Origin: an uncultured Pelagibacteraceae bacterium
Lineage (GTDB): Bacteria > Pseudomonadota > Alphaproteobacteria > Pelagibacterales > Pelagibacteraceae
Direction of reading: 5' to 3'
DNA: 64,000 bases
Assembly: GCA_902609685.1 (NCBI GenBank)
Contig: CACLSR010000001.1
Location: 49,505 to 113,504, forward strand
Shown piece after piece: positions 34,660 through 44,189 of this stretch. Every line of letters starts with the position of its first letter. The stretch's first letter is position 1. Below the pieces are notes generated by a model. That model was not told where the DNA came from and searched no databases. It saw only the letters and a program-made list of their open reading frames with translations. The position numbers were made by a program, and so were the translations under genes.

Positions 34660-37600
34660 TTAATTTAATTCCACATTTAATGCCAATGATTTAATTTCTT
34701 TAACAAGGACGTTAAATGACTCTGGTATTCCAGACTCAAAGTTTTCTTCACCCTTAACAATAGTCTCATAAACTTTTACTCTACCAGCGACATCATCAGA
34801 TTTGACAGTAAGTATTTCTTGAAGTGTGTATGATGCACCATATGCTTCCAGTGCCCATACCTCCATTTCACCAAATCTTTGCCCACCTAATTGAGCTTTT
34901 CCACCTAATGGTTGTTGAGTTACCAAGCTATAAGGACCTGTAGATCTTGCATGAATTTTATCCTCAACCAAATGATGAAGTTTAAGCATATAAATTATTC
35001 CAACTGTTACTGGTCTGTCAAATTTTTCACCTGTTCTTCCATCCCATAAATAAGTTTGTCCTGACTTAGGTAAATTTGCTAACTCTAACATTTCAGTTAC
35101 ATTTTTTTCCTTGGCTCCATCAAATACAGGTGTTGATATGGCTATACCATTTTGTAAATTTTCACATAAATCTTTGAATTCTGTTTTACTTAATTTATCT
35201 ACTTTTTGATCAAATATTTCTTCGCCATAAACAGATTTTAGAAAATTTTCTATTTTTTCATTTCTTTCAATCTTTTTATTATTTTCATTAACTAGATTTT
35301 TAATTTTTTCTCCAAATTCTTTGCAGGCCCATCCCAAATGAGTTTCAAGTATTTGCCCCACATTCATACGACTTGGCACGCCTAAAGGATTTAATACTAT
35401 ATCTACTGGTCGACCATCTTCTCTATACGGCATATCTTCGACTGGAACTATTTTACTAACAACGCCTTTGTTGCCATGACGTCCAGACATTTTATCACCA
35501 GGTCTCAATCTTCTTTTAATTGCAACAAAGACTTTTACCATTTTCATTACACTGGGTAATAAATCATCACCACTTCTTATTTTTAAAACTTTGTCCTCAA
35601 ATCTTTCCGTAATATCTTGTTTTGCTTTGTTATACTGATCTTTTAATTGTAATAATGCGTTTTCATTTTTTGGATTAAAAATAGTAAGCTTAAATAGATC
35701 ATTGATAGATATTCTACTAATTGTTTCAAAATCCAATTTAGAACCAGCCTCAACATCCTTTATTTTCTTAGAAAGAGTTTCCCCTGATAAAATTTGAGCA
35801 GCTCTTTGTTTGATACTTCTTTCCAAAATTTCTTCCTCAACAATTTTGTCTTGTTGTACTTGGTCAATTTCAGCTCTTTCAATTGTAATAGATCTTTCAT
35901 CTTTTTCTATTCCATGCCTATTAAATACTCTTACATCAACAACAGTACCACTGCTTCCTCTAGACATTCTAAGAGAAGTGTCGGTTACATCTATAGCTTT
36001 TTCTCCAAAGATTGATCTTAATAATTTTTCTTCAGGACCTGATGCAGAATCTCCTTTAGGTGTTACTTTTCCTACTAGGATATCACCTGCATTTACCTCA
36101 GCTCCGATATATACAATTCCTGACTCATCTAAGTTTTTTAATGCTTCTTCATTAACATTTGGTATATCTCGTGTAATTTCTTCTTCACCTAGTTTTGTAT
36201 CTCTCGCCATTATCTCATATTCAACAATATGCACCGAAGTAAATACATCATCAGTTACACATCTTTCTGAAATTAAAATAGAGTCCTCAAAATTGTATCC
36301 TTGCCAAGGCATAAAAGCTACAGTAACATTTTTACCTAAAGCTAACTCACCTAATTTGGTTGAAGGACCATCAGCAATTATATCGCCAGTTTTTACTTTA
36401 TCACCTACTCTAACCAAAGGTCTTTGATTAATACATGTATTTTGGTTAGATCTTTTAAATTTTTGTAAATTATAAATATCAACACCAGATTTTGAGAAAT
36501 CAGTTTCCTCTGTAACTTTAATTACGATCCTCTTACCATCTATTTTATCTACCACACCATCTCTTTTGGCAACAATTGTAACTCCTGAGTCTAGTGCAAC
36601 ATCACTTTCTATTCCAGTACCCACCAGAGGTGCTTCAGGTTTTAATAAAGGAACCGCTTGCCTCATCATGTTAGAGCCCATTAAAGCTCTATTTGCATCA
36701 TCATTCTCTAAAAAAGGTATTAATGAAGCAGCAACCGAAACCAATTGTTTAGGTGATACGTCAATATAATCTATCGTTTCAGGTTTTGCTAAAAGGAAAT
36801 TTAAATTTTGTCTACAAGAAACTAATTCTTCAACTATTTTTCCATTTTTATCAATTTTAGTATTTGCTTGCGCTATTGTAAATTTTGTTTCTTCCATTGC
36901 TGACAAATATTCTACTTTGTCTTGAACAACCCCCTCTTTCACCCTCTTATAAGGACTTTCAATAAAACCATATTTATTTATTTTTGCATAAGTAGATAAA
37001 CTGTTAATCAATCCAATATTTGGACCTTCTGGAGTCTCAATTGGACAAATTCTTCCATAATGGGTTGGATGCACGTCTCGTACCTCAAAACCAGCTCTTT
37101 CTCTTGTTAATCCACCAGGACCTAAGGCTGAAACTCTTCTTTTGTGTGTAATTTCTGAGAGTGGGTTTGTTTGATCCATAAATTGAGAAAGTTGAGAACT
37201 CGCAAAAAAATCTTTCAGTGAAATTGTAAGTGGTTTTGCATTTATCAAATCTTGCGGCATTGCTGACTCGATATCTAAAGTAGTCATTTTTTCTTTAATA
37301 GCTCTTTCCATTCTATAAACACCAATACGAGCTTGATTTTCAACTAATTCACCTACAGATCTAACTCTTCTATTTCCAAGATGATCAATATCATCAACAT
37401 CATCCTTACCATCTCTTAGGTCTAGCATTTTACGAATTATAGCTAAAATATCATCATTTCTTAAAATTGTAATTTTATCTGAACATTCTAAATCTAATCT
37501 TGAATTCATCTTAACTCTTCCAACGTCGGACAGGTCATATCGATCTGAACTAAAGAATAAATTATTGAAAATTTGAGCTGCTATTTCAATTGTTGGGGGT

Positions 37601-38751
37601 TCACCAGGTCTCAACATTTTATAAATTTCAGTAATTGCCTCATCTTTAGTATTATTTTTATCATTCAAAATTGTTGTAAGTAAATAAGGACCTTTGTTGA
37701 TAGAGTTTGTTACAGAAATATCTAAACTTGTAATATTTGCATCTAAAATTTGTTGAATAATTGTTTCATTTAGCTCGGTACCAATTTTTAATAATCCATC
37801 CTCTTGGTCGTTTAACTTAATATCTTTATGTAAAAACTTTCCATATAATGATTCTTTCGCAACTAGTATATCTTTTAATCCATCGTTAGATAATTTTTTA
37901 GCGTTTAAATAATTTATCTTCTCTCCTAATTTGATTACAACTTTTCCTGATTTAGCATCAACAACTTCCTCAGAGAAGTTTTTGGCTTTGTAGTTTTCAG
38001 GATTAAATTTTGTTTTCCACTTTTCAGATTTTGAATCAAAAGTAAATTTTTCTGACTCATAAAATTCATTTACTATTTCATTTTTTGAATAACCAAGAGC
38101 AAGCAATAAAGTAGAAGCCAGAATTTTTTTCTTCCTATCAATTTTAAAATATAAAAAATCTTTTACATCATATTCAAAATCTAACCAAGATCCTCGATTA
38201 GGTATCACTCTACAATTAAATAAAAGTTTACCGCTTGCATGTGTTTTACCCTTGTCATGATCAAAGAAAACTCCTGGACTTCTATGCATTTGATTAACAA
38301 CAACTCTTTGAACGCCATTAGTTATGAATGTGCCACTGTTAGTCATCATTGGCACTTCACCCATATAAACCTCTTGTTCTTTTGCTGATAAGATATCTTT
38401 TGTATTTGTTTCTTGATTGATTTCATAAACAACTAATCGCAATGTACATTTTAAAGCGGAGGAATAAGTTAAACCTCTAGCAATACACTCTTCTACGTCA
38501 AATTTTGGTTTTTCTAGTCTATAAGAAACGTATTCTAAAGTTGCTTTATCATTTAAGTCTTCAATGGGAAAAATACTTTTAAAAACCCTATCAAAACCTT
38601 TTGTTAAATCACCTGCTTCAGGATTAAAAAATGTTAATTCGTCGTAGGAATTTTTTTGAACTTCTATTAAATTAGGAATGGACAAACTCTCTTTAAGTTT
38701 TCCAAAGCTTTTTCTAATATTTTTCTTTTCAGTAAAAGATATTTGCATCAA
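34660..38751 (-). CDS. rpoB: DNA-directed RNA polymerase subunit beta
   Basis: 1363 aa with a conserved beta-subunit layout, 2 nt upstream of rpoC. Confidence 0.98.
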   Translation of the reverse strand: MMQISFTEKKNIRKSFGKLKESLSIPNLIEVQKNSYDELTFFNPEAGDLTKGFDRVFKSIFPIEDLNDKATLEYVSYRLEKPKFDVEECIARGLTYSSALKCTLRLVVYEINQETNTKDILSAKEQEVYMGEVPMMTNSGTFITNGVQRVVVNQMHRSPGVFFDHDKGKTHASGKLLFNCRVIPNRGSWLDFEYDVKDFLYFKIDRKKKILASTLLLALGYSKNEIVNEFYESEKFTFDSKSEKWKTKFNPENYKAKNFSEEVVDAKSGKVVIKLGEKINYLNAKKLSNDGLKDILVAKESLYGKFLHKDIKLNDQEDGLLKIGTELNETIIQQILDANITSLDISVTNSINKGPYLLTTILNDKNNTKDEAITEIYKMLRPGEPPTIEIAAQIFNNLFFSSDRYDLSDVGRVKMNSRLDLECSDKITILRNDDILAIIRKMLDLRDGKDDVDDIDHLGNRRVRSVGELVENQARIGVYRMERAIKEKMTTLDIESAMPQDLINAKPLTISLKDFFASSQLSQFMDQTNPLSEITHKRRVSALGPGGLTRERAGFEVRDVHPTHYGRICPIETPEGPNIGLINSLSTYAKINKYGFIESPYKRVKEGVVQDKVEYLSAMEETKFTIAQANTKIDKNGKIVEELVSCRQNLNFLLAKPETIDYIDVSPKQLVSVAASLIPFLENDDANRALMGSNMMRQAVPLLKPEAPLVGTGIESDVALDSGVTIVAKRDGVVDKIDGKRIVIKVTEETDFSKSGVDIYNLQKFKRSNQNTCINQRPLVRVGDKVKTGDIIADGPSTKLGELALGKNVTVAFMPWQGYNFEDSILISERCVTDDVFTSVHIVEYEIMARDTKLGEEEITRDIPNVNEEALKNLDESGIVYIGAEVNAGDILVGKVTPKGDSASGPEEKLLRSIFGEKAIDVTDTSLRMSRGSSGTVVDVRVFNRHGIEKDERSITIERAEIDQVQQDKIVEEEILERSIKQRAAQILSGETLSKKIKDVEAGSKLDFETISRISINDLFKLTIFNPKNENALLQLKDQYNKAKQDITERFEDKVLKIRSGDDLLPSVMKMVKVFVAIKRRLRPGDKMSGRHGNKGVVSKIVPVEDMPYREDGRPVDIVLNPLGVPSRMNVGQILETHLGWACKEFGEKIKNLVNENNKKIERNEKIENFLKSVYGEEIFDQKVDKLSKTEFKDLCENLQNGIAISTPVFDGAKEKNVTEMLELANLPKSGQTYLWDGRTGEKFDRPVTVGIIYMLKLHHLVEDKIHARSTGPYSLVTQQPLGGKAQLGGQRFGEMEVWALEAYGASYTLQEILTVKSDDVAGRVKVYETIVKGEENFESGIPESFNVLVKEIKSLALNVELN

Positions 38752-38759
38752 TGTCCTAA

Positions 38760-38785
38760 TACTGATTAAGATTAATTAATCAGTA
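38760..38785 (-). terminator. AT-rich hairpin in the rplL-rpoB spacer (attenuator or processing-site candidate)
   Basis: tactgattaa-gattaa-ttaatcagta: a 10-bp perfect stem with a 6-nt loop and no U-tract. Confidence 0.35.
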
Positions 38786-38805
38786 CTTAAAAATTTCCTA
38801 TTAAT

Positions 38806-39171
38806 TTATTTAAGTTCTACTTTTGCCCCTGCAGCTTCTAACTTAGCTTTAATTTCTTCTGCTTCTTTTTTTGGAACACCAGCTTTTACTTCTTTAGGTG
38901 CACCTTCAACTAAATCTTTTGCTTCCTTAAGACCAAGAGAAGTAGCTGCTCTCACTTCTTTAATAACATTAATTTTTTTATCACCTGCGGAAACAAGCAT
39001 GATTGAAAAATCATCTTTATCTTCTGCTGCTGCTGTTGCACCAGCTGCTGCTGGAGCTGCTGCCGCCATTGGCGTAACACCCCATTTTTCCTCTAATTGT
39101 TTTGAAAGATCTGCTGCCTCTGCAACAGTTAAACTTGATAAGTCCTCGATAATTTTATTTAGATCTGGCAT
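38806..39171 (-). CDS. rplL: 50S ribosomal protein L7/L12
   Basis: 121 aa with an Ala-rich hinge and a C-terminal ...[14 protein letters not shown]. Confidence 0.97.
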   Translation of the reverse strand: MPDLNKIIEDLSSLTVAEAADLSKQLEEKWGVTPMAAAAPAAAGATAAAEDKDDFSIMLVSAGDKKINVIKEVRAATSLGLKEAKDLVEGAPKEVKAGVPKKEAEEIKAKLEAAGAKVELK

Positions 39172-39174
39172 AAT

Positions 39175-39696
39175 TTACTCTTTAGGTTGTGTTTCAGAAT
39201 TTTCTGGGGGTAAACTACTCATTTTTTCTGATCGTGCAAGCAAAATACTTACTAATTTTGATGCAGATGCATTCAAAATACCCACAATATTAGCCCTTGC
39301 TTCGTCTAAGGTAGGTAAATTTGCGACATTCATTACTCCAGCTTGGTCAAGAATTTCATTTTCCATCATTCCACCGATCAATTTAAGATTCTCATTATCT
39401 TTTGCAAACTTAGATAAAATTCGTGCTGACATTATAGCATCTTCTCCAAATGCAACAGCTGTTGGACCTGTGAATAAATTTGATAAATCTTTACACTTAG
39501 TTTTTTCTAAAGCTAATTTTGTAATTCTATTTTTTGTGATTTTAAAAATAATCCCATGTTCTCTCATTTTTGATCTTAATTCATCTAATTGAGTCATTGT
39601 CAGACCTTGATAATGAGTAACCATAACCGCTTTACTATTCTCAAACTGAGTTGTCATTTCAGCAATATAGTTTTTCTTTTGCTCTTTGTTCATCAT
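39175..39696 (-). CDS. rplJ: 50S ribosomal protein L10
   Basis: 173 aa, uL10, in canonical order. Confidence 0.94.
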   Translation of the reverse strand: MMNKEQKKNYIAEMTTQFENSKAVMVTHYQGLTMTQLDELRSKMREHGIIFKITKNRITKLALEKTKCKDLSNLFTGPTAVAFGEDAIMSARILSKFAKDNENLKLIGGMMENEILDQAGVMNVANLPTLDEARANIVGILNASASKLVSILLARSEKMSSLPPENSETQPKE

Positions 39697-39699
39697 AAC

Positions 39700-40389
39700 T
39701 TAAATATTCTTACCTAATTTTAATTTATACGAAACGCCCATTGTTGATGTTATAAATGCGGTTTTTACTAGGTCCCCTTTTATCGTATTATTTGATTTTT
39801 CTTTTTCAAGTATTTCTATAACAGCATTAAAATTTTTAATTAACTTTTCGTCACTAAAAGATTTTTTTCCAATACTTACTCCGATGTTTCCATCTTTATC
39901 ATTTCTAATTTCTGCCTGACCAGATTTTGCATCTGAAATTGCTGTTTTTAAATTTTCAGTCACAGTTCCTAACTTTGGGTTAGGCATTAAACCTTTTGGT
40001 CCCAATACTTTTCCTAATTTGGATAATTTAATCATCATAGATGGAGTACAAATTAATTTTTCAAAATTTATTTCACCATTTTTAATTCTTTCAATAAATT
40101 CATCACCACCTACAATATCTGCACCAGCGCTTTTTGCTTCATCTGATTTTGTATCTTCACATACGACAGCAACTTTTATTTTTTTGCCAGTACCACCAGG
40201 AAGATTCACAACAGTCCTAATATTTATCTCACTTTTTTTTTGTTTATTATTGATCTGAAAACTTAAATCAACTGACTCATCAAATTTAGTCGTACAATTT
40301 TTCTTGACCACTGAAAGTAATTTTTCAATCATCTCAGCAGGAAGTTCAGTAGTTTTTTTAGGAAGTTTTTTAAATCTTTTTGAAGACAT
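39700..40389 (-). CDS. rplA: 50S ribosomal protein L1
   Basis: 229 aa, uL1. Confidence 0.95.
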   Translation of the reverse strand: MSSKRFKKLPKKTTELPAEMIEKLLSVVKKNCTTKFDESVDLSFQINNKQKKSEINIRTVVNLPGGTGKKIKVAVVCEDTKSDEAKSAGADIVGGDEFIERIKNGEINFEKLICTPSMMIKLSKLGKVLGPKGLMPNPKLGTVTENLKTAISDAKSGQAEIRNDKDGNIGVSIGKKSFSDEKLIKNFNAVIEILEKEKSNNTIKGDLVKTAFITSTMGVSYKLKLGKNI

Positions 40390-40391
40390 AA

Positions 40392-40823
40392 TTAATCTTT
40401 TACCTCAATACCCATTGATCTTGCAGAACCAGCAATAATTTTAACCGCTTGATCTAAATCAAGAGCATTTAAATCCTCCATCTTTTGCTTAGCAATTTCT
40501 TCTGCTTGTTTTTTCGTTATCGACGCAACAATATTTCGCCCAGGTTCTTGTGAACCACTCTTTAATTTTGCAGCTTCCCTGATAAAGAAAGATGCTGGTG
40601 GTGATTTAATTTTAAAATCAAATTTTTTGTCTTTATAAACAGTAATTTCAACTGGCACAGGTTTGCCAGCCAACTTTTTTGTTTTGTCATTAAAGGCTTT
40701 ACAAAATTCCATTATGTTAACTCCACGTTGACCCAATGCTGGTCCAACTGGCGGAGCAGGATTTGCTTGACCACCTTTGATTTGTAATTTTATAAAACCA
40801 CTGATCTCTTTTTTAGCAGCCAT
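40392..40823 (-). CDS. rplK: 50S ribosomal protein L11
   Basis: 143 aa, uL11 (…[22 protein letters not shown]…). Confidence 0.97.
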   Translation of the reverse strand: MAAKKEISGFIKLQIKGGQANPAPPVGPALGQRGVNIMEFCKAFNDKTKKLAGKPVPVEITVYKDKKFDFKIKSPPASFFIREAAKLKSGSQEPGRNIVASITKKQAEEIAKQKMEDLNALDLDQAVKIIAGSARSMGIEVKD

Positions 40824-40827
40824 AATT

Positions 40828-41358
40828 CTAACTTACTTTCTCCACTTGATTATATTCTAAATCAACTGGTGTTGGCCTTCCAAATATCGAAACTGACACC
40901 TTAAGTCTAGACTTTTCTTCATCGATTTCTTCAACCATTCCACTAAAGGATGCAAAAGGTCCATCAATTACCTGTACTTTTTCACCAACTGTATACTCTA
41001 TTGCTGATTTTGGTTGAGCAACTCCATCTTTTATTTGACCTAAAATTTTATCAATTTCTTTGTCTGATACGGGGACAGGCATACCTTTAGTTCCAAGAAA
41101 ACCACTCACACGTTTTATGTTTTTTATCATGTGATAAATATCATTGTCCATCTCACTCTTGATTAAAACATAGCCCGGAAAATACTTTTTTTTTCTTTGA
41201 ATTCTTTTACCTCTTTTGACCTCGGTTACATCATGTGTGGGAACGATAATTTCCTCAAATTTTTCAGAAATTTTAGCCTTATCTGCCTCTTCTTTGATAA
41301 GTCCCGCAACTTTGTTTTCAAAACTAGAGTGAGATTGAACTATGTACCAATTTTTCAT
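40828..41358 (-). CDS. nusG: Transcription termination/antitermination factor NusG
   Basis: 176 aa with NGN and KOW domains. Confidence 0.95.
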   Translation of the reverse strand: MKNWYIVQSHSSFENKVAGLIKEEADKAKISEKFEEIIVPTHDVTEVKRGKRIQRKKKYFPGYVLIKSEMDNDIYHMIKNIKRVSGFLGTKGMPVPVSDKEIDKILGQIKDGVAQPKSAIEYTVGEKVQVIDGPFASFSGMVEEIDEEKSRLKVSVSIFGRPTPVDLEYNQVEKVS

Positions 41359-41558
41359 TAAATGCTCACTCTAAGTAATAGTTCTAAAAAAAATTTTAAA
41401 ACCTGATCTAATAATAAAAAAAATAAAGACATTACTACTGCCATTGCAAAAACCATCAATGCACCCTGGAGTGTCTCCTTTCCTGTAGGCCAAGAAACTT
41501 TGAATGCTTCCTGTTTTACTTCTTGTATAAATTTAATCGGGTTCTTCATAATTTTCAT
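41358..41558 (-). CDS. secE: Preprotein translocase subunit SecE
   Basis: 66 aa with a single C-terminal TM, directly upstream of nusG. Confidence 0.88.
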   Translation of the reverse strand: MKIMKNPIKFIQEVKQEAFKVSWPTGKETLQGALMVFAMAVVMSLFFLLLDQVLKFFLELLLRVSI

Positions 41559-41567
41559 TTTTTATAT

Positions 41568-41643
41568 TGGCAGGAGCGGAGGGACTCGAACCCTCAGCCT
41601 CCGGTTTTGGAGACCGGCGCTCTACCAATTGAGCTACACTCCT
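41568..41643 (-). tRNA. tRNA-Trp (anticodon CCA)
   Basis: Reverse complement AGGAGTGTAGCTCAATTGGTAGAGCGCCGGTCTCCAAAACCGG...GGTTCGAGTCCCTCCGCTCCTGCCA folds as a cloverleaf. The CCA end is encoded. Confidence 0.9.
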
Positions 41644-41652
41644 ATATAGAGT

Positions 41653-42843
41653 TTACTCTATAATCTTAGTTACTACTCCAGCTCCAACAGTTCTTCCACC
41701 TTCACGAATAGCAAAGTTCAGTTTTTCTGACATCGCAATAGGTGTTATTAATTTAACTGTAAATTTAGCATCATCACCTGGCATCACCATTTCGGTACCA
41801 GCTGGCAATTCTACCTCTCCTGTAACATCAGTAGTTCTAAAATAAAATTGCGGTCTATACTTTGTAAAGAAAGGTGTATGTCTTCCGCCCTCTTCTTTTT
41901 TAAGTACATACGCTTGAGCTTCAAATTTAGTATGTGGTGTAACAGAACCTGGTTTACATAAAACTTGTCCTCTTTCAATATCGGTTCTTTCTACACCTCT
42001 TAAAAGTACTCCAACGTTATCTCCTGCTTCACCAGAGTCTAAAAGTTTTCTAAACATTTCAACACCTGTACATACAGATTTTTTAGTTTCTCTGATACCA
42101 ACTATCTCAAGCTCATCACCTGTTTTGAGTACACCTGACTCTACTCTTCCAGTTGCAACTGTACCTCTACCTGAAATAGAAAAGACATCTTCAACAGGCA
42201 TTAAGAAATCTTTATCTTTTGGTCTGTCTGGTTGTGGAATGAATTCATCAACATTCTTCATCAATTCTAAAATTGAATTTTTTCCGATTTCATCATCTCT
42301 TCCCTCAACAGCTGCAAGTGCTGAACCTTTTGCGATAGGAGTTTTGTCACCCGGAAATTTATAAGAAGTTAATAATTCCTTAATCTCTTCTTCAACTAGA
42401 TCAATCATTTCTTTATCATCAACTTGATCCACTTTATTTAGATAAACGCAGATAGCAGGAACTCCAACTTGCCTTGCTAAAAGAATGTGCTCTCTTGTTT
42501 GAGGCATTGGACCATCAGCAGCGTTAACAACTAAAATTGCACCATCCATTTGTGCTGCACCTGTAATCATATTCTTTACATAATCAGCATGACCTGGACA
42601 ATCTACGTGCGCGTAGTGTCTTTTTTCAGTTTCATACTCAACGTGTGCTGTTGAAATTGTAATACCTCTTTCTTTCTCCTCTGGAGCTTTATCAATTTGA
42701 TCATAGGCAACAGCTTGAGCTCCACCAGTTTCAGATAAAACTTTTGTGATAGCAGCAGTTAAAGTTGTTTTACCATGATCGACATGCCCGATTGTTCCAA
42801 TGTTACAATGCGGTTTATTTCTTACAAATTTTTCTTTTGACAT
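41653..42843 (-). CDS. tuf: Elongation factor Tu
   Basis: 396 aa with motifs GHVDHGKTT and DCPGHADY. Confidence 0.99.
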   Translation of the reverse strand: MSKEKFVRNKPHCNIGTIGHVDHGKTTLTAAITKVLSETGGAQAVAYDQIDKAPEEKERGITISTAHVEYETEKRHYAHVDCPGHADYVKNMITGAAQMDGAILVVNAADGPMPQTREHILLARQVGVPAICVYLNKVDQVDDKEMIDLVEEEIKELLTSYKFPGDKTPIAKGSALAAVEGRDDEIGKNSILELMKNVDEFIPQPDRPKDKDFLMPVEDVFSISGRGTVATGRVESGVLKTGDELEIVGIRETKKSVCTGVEMFRKLLDSGEAGDNVGVLLRGVERTDIERGQVLCKPGSVTPHTKFEAQAYVLKKEEGGRHTPFFTKYRPQFYFRTTDVTGEVELPAGTEMVMPGDDAKFTVKLITPIAMSEKLNFAIREGGRTVGAGVVTKIIE

Positions 42844-42888
42844 TACTTATATTCCTCACTTTTATTTTTTTATAAACTTAATATTTCT

Positions 42889-42962
42889 TGGAGCGGGTAA
42901 AGGGAATCGAACCCTTACATCCAGCTTGGAAGGCTAGCGTTCTACCATTGAACTACACCCGC
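42889..42962 (-). tRNA. tRNA-Gly (anticodon UCC)
   Basis: Reverse complement GCGGGTGTAGTTCAATGGTAGAACGCTAGCCTTCCAAGCTGG...GGTTCGATTCCCTTTACCCGCTCCA. Confidence 0.88.
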
Positions 42963-43006
42963 ACAACCCCAAGAGTAACACTCCAGTATTGTCGAAAATT
43001 ATTGAA

Positions 43007-43092
43007 TGGTGGAGGGGGAAAGATTCGAACTTTCGAAGACCGAAGTCAACGGGTTTACAGCCCGCCCCATTTGACCGCTCTGGAACCCCTCC
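43007..43092 (-). tRNA. tRNA-Tyr (anticodon GUA), long variable arm
   Basis: Reverse complement GGAGGGGTTCCAGAGCGGTCAAATGGGGCGGGCTGTAAACCCGTTGACTTCGGTC...AGTTCGAATCTTTCCCCCTCCACCA. Confidence 0.88.
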
Positions 43093-43139
43093 CTTAGGGG
43101 AAGTGTCCCCTTGTTCAATAAGCTTCAAACAACAAGCGT

Positions 43140-43167
43140 TTTATATATTTTATTTGTCTAAATGCAA
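43140..43167 (-). promoter_or_regulatory. Candidate sigma70-type promoter for tRNA-Tyr/tRNA-Gly/tuf
   Basis: The minus strand reads TTGCAT-N16-TATAAA, about 45 nt upstream of the tRNA-Tyr 5' end. Confidence 0.35.
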
Positions 43168-43221
43168 CACGTGATTTATTAAGAAAATATTTGAAAAAAC
43201 GTGTAAAACGTAGGTAATTTT

Positions 43222-43968
43222 ATGTATAAATCATCTTTTTTTATTATTGGTCAACATGCTGTAATCGAAGCTCTACGCAATCCTAAAAGGAAGGTTTTAA
43301 GAGTATTTTTAACTGAGGAAAGTAAGAAAAACATTCATAAAAAAAGCCCTAACAAAAACTTATTAAATGACATCAAGGTATATTTTAAGACAAAAAAAGA
43401 ACTTGATAAATATAGCACTAGAGAAAACTTGCAGCATCAAGGATATGTTGCGGAAGTTGAACATTTTCAAAAACCAATTCTTAAAGAATTTATTAAAGAA
43501 AAGAATGACGTTACTTTAATTTGTCTTGATGGTGTAACTGATCCAAGAAATATAGGATCTTTGATAAGAAGTGCAGCCTCTTTTAATATTGATGGAGTAA
43601 TTATTAAAGAAAGAAACTTTCCTAGTGAAAGTAAACTTATGTATAAAGCATCAAGTGGTGCAATTGAATATATGAATATATTTGAAGTTTCAAATATCAA
43701 TTCGACACTAAAAAATTTAAAAGAAAAAAATTTTTGGGTGTATGGATTTGATAGTAATGGAAAGAAAAGTTTTACTGATATTGAATGGAAAGGAAACAAT
43801 ATATTATTATTTGGATCAGAGGGGTCAGGTATGCATAAACACACATCTAAATATGCAGATTTTTTGGTCAAGATTGAGATAAATAAAAAAATTGAGAGCC
43901 TAAATATATCAAATAGTGCCGCAATTGTATTTCATCATTTAAGCTATCTTAAAAAAAGAGTTGATTAA
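43222..43968 (+). CDS. SpoU/TrmH-family RNA 2'-O-methyltransferase (RlmB-like)
   Basis: 248 aa with motifs DGVTDPRNIGSLIRSA and LLFGSEGSGM. Confidence 0.85.
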   Translation: MYKSSFFIIGQHAVIEALRNPKRKVLRVFLTEESKKNIHKKSPNKNLLNDIKVYFKTKKELDKYSTRENLQHQGYVAEVEHFQKPILKEFIKEKNDVTLICLDGVTDPRNIGSLIRSAASFNIDGVIIKERNFPSESKLMYKASSGAIEYMNIFEVSNINSTLKNLKEKNFWVYGFDSNGKKSFTDIEWKGNNILLFGSEGSGMHKHTSKYADFLVKIEINKKIESLNISNSAAIVFHHLSYLKKRVD

Positions 43969-43997
43969 TTAAAAAATAATTAATAATTAATACGCAT

Positions 43998-44073
43998 GCC
44001 CTTGTAGCTCAGCTGGTAGAGCAATTGATTTGTAATCAATAGGTCCGCGGTTCGAATCCGTGCGGGGGCACCA
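43998..44073 (+). tRNA. tRNA-Thr (anticodon UGU)
   Basis: GCCCTTGTAGCTCAGCTGGTAGAGCAATTGATTTGTAATCAATAGGTCCGCGGTTCGAATCCGTGCGGGGGCACCA. The anticodon stem is ATTGA/TCAAT with loop TTTGTAA. Confidence 0.9.
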
Positions 44074-44082
44074 TCACTCAAT
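44020..44082 (+). repeat. Direct repeat copy 1 (attL-like): 3' 54 nt of tRNA-Thr plus 9 nt downstream
   Basis: agcaattgatttgtaatcaataggtccgcggttcgaatccgtgcgggggcaccatcactcaat. Confidence 0.9.
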
Positions 44083-44189
44083 TAATTCAACACTAATTAT
44101 TTTTACAAGATTACTTTTAAATAAAATTTTTGGGATAATTGTGCCAGCATTGGACCAGTATTGTGCCGTGATCAAGTAGTCAAGGGATA

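Noticed and set aside
35794-36427. 205-aa and 73-aa plus-strand ORFs
   Set aside because: They are antisense to rpoB, an artefact of a long stop-free mirror frame.
38999-39592. 197-aa plus-strand ORF with an Ala-rich start
   Set aside because: It is antisense to rplL and rplJ. The Ala run mirrors the GCN-rich L7/L12 hinge.
42888-43174. Three 61-69-aa ORFs on both strands
   Set aside because: They overlap tRNA-Gly and tRNA-Tyr. The region is explained by the tRNA genes.
43467-43871. 134-aa minus-strand ORF
   Set aside because: It is antisense to the well-supported SpoU/TrmH methyltransferase gene.
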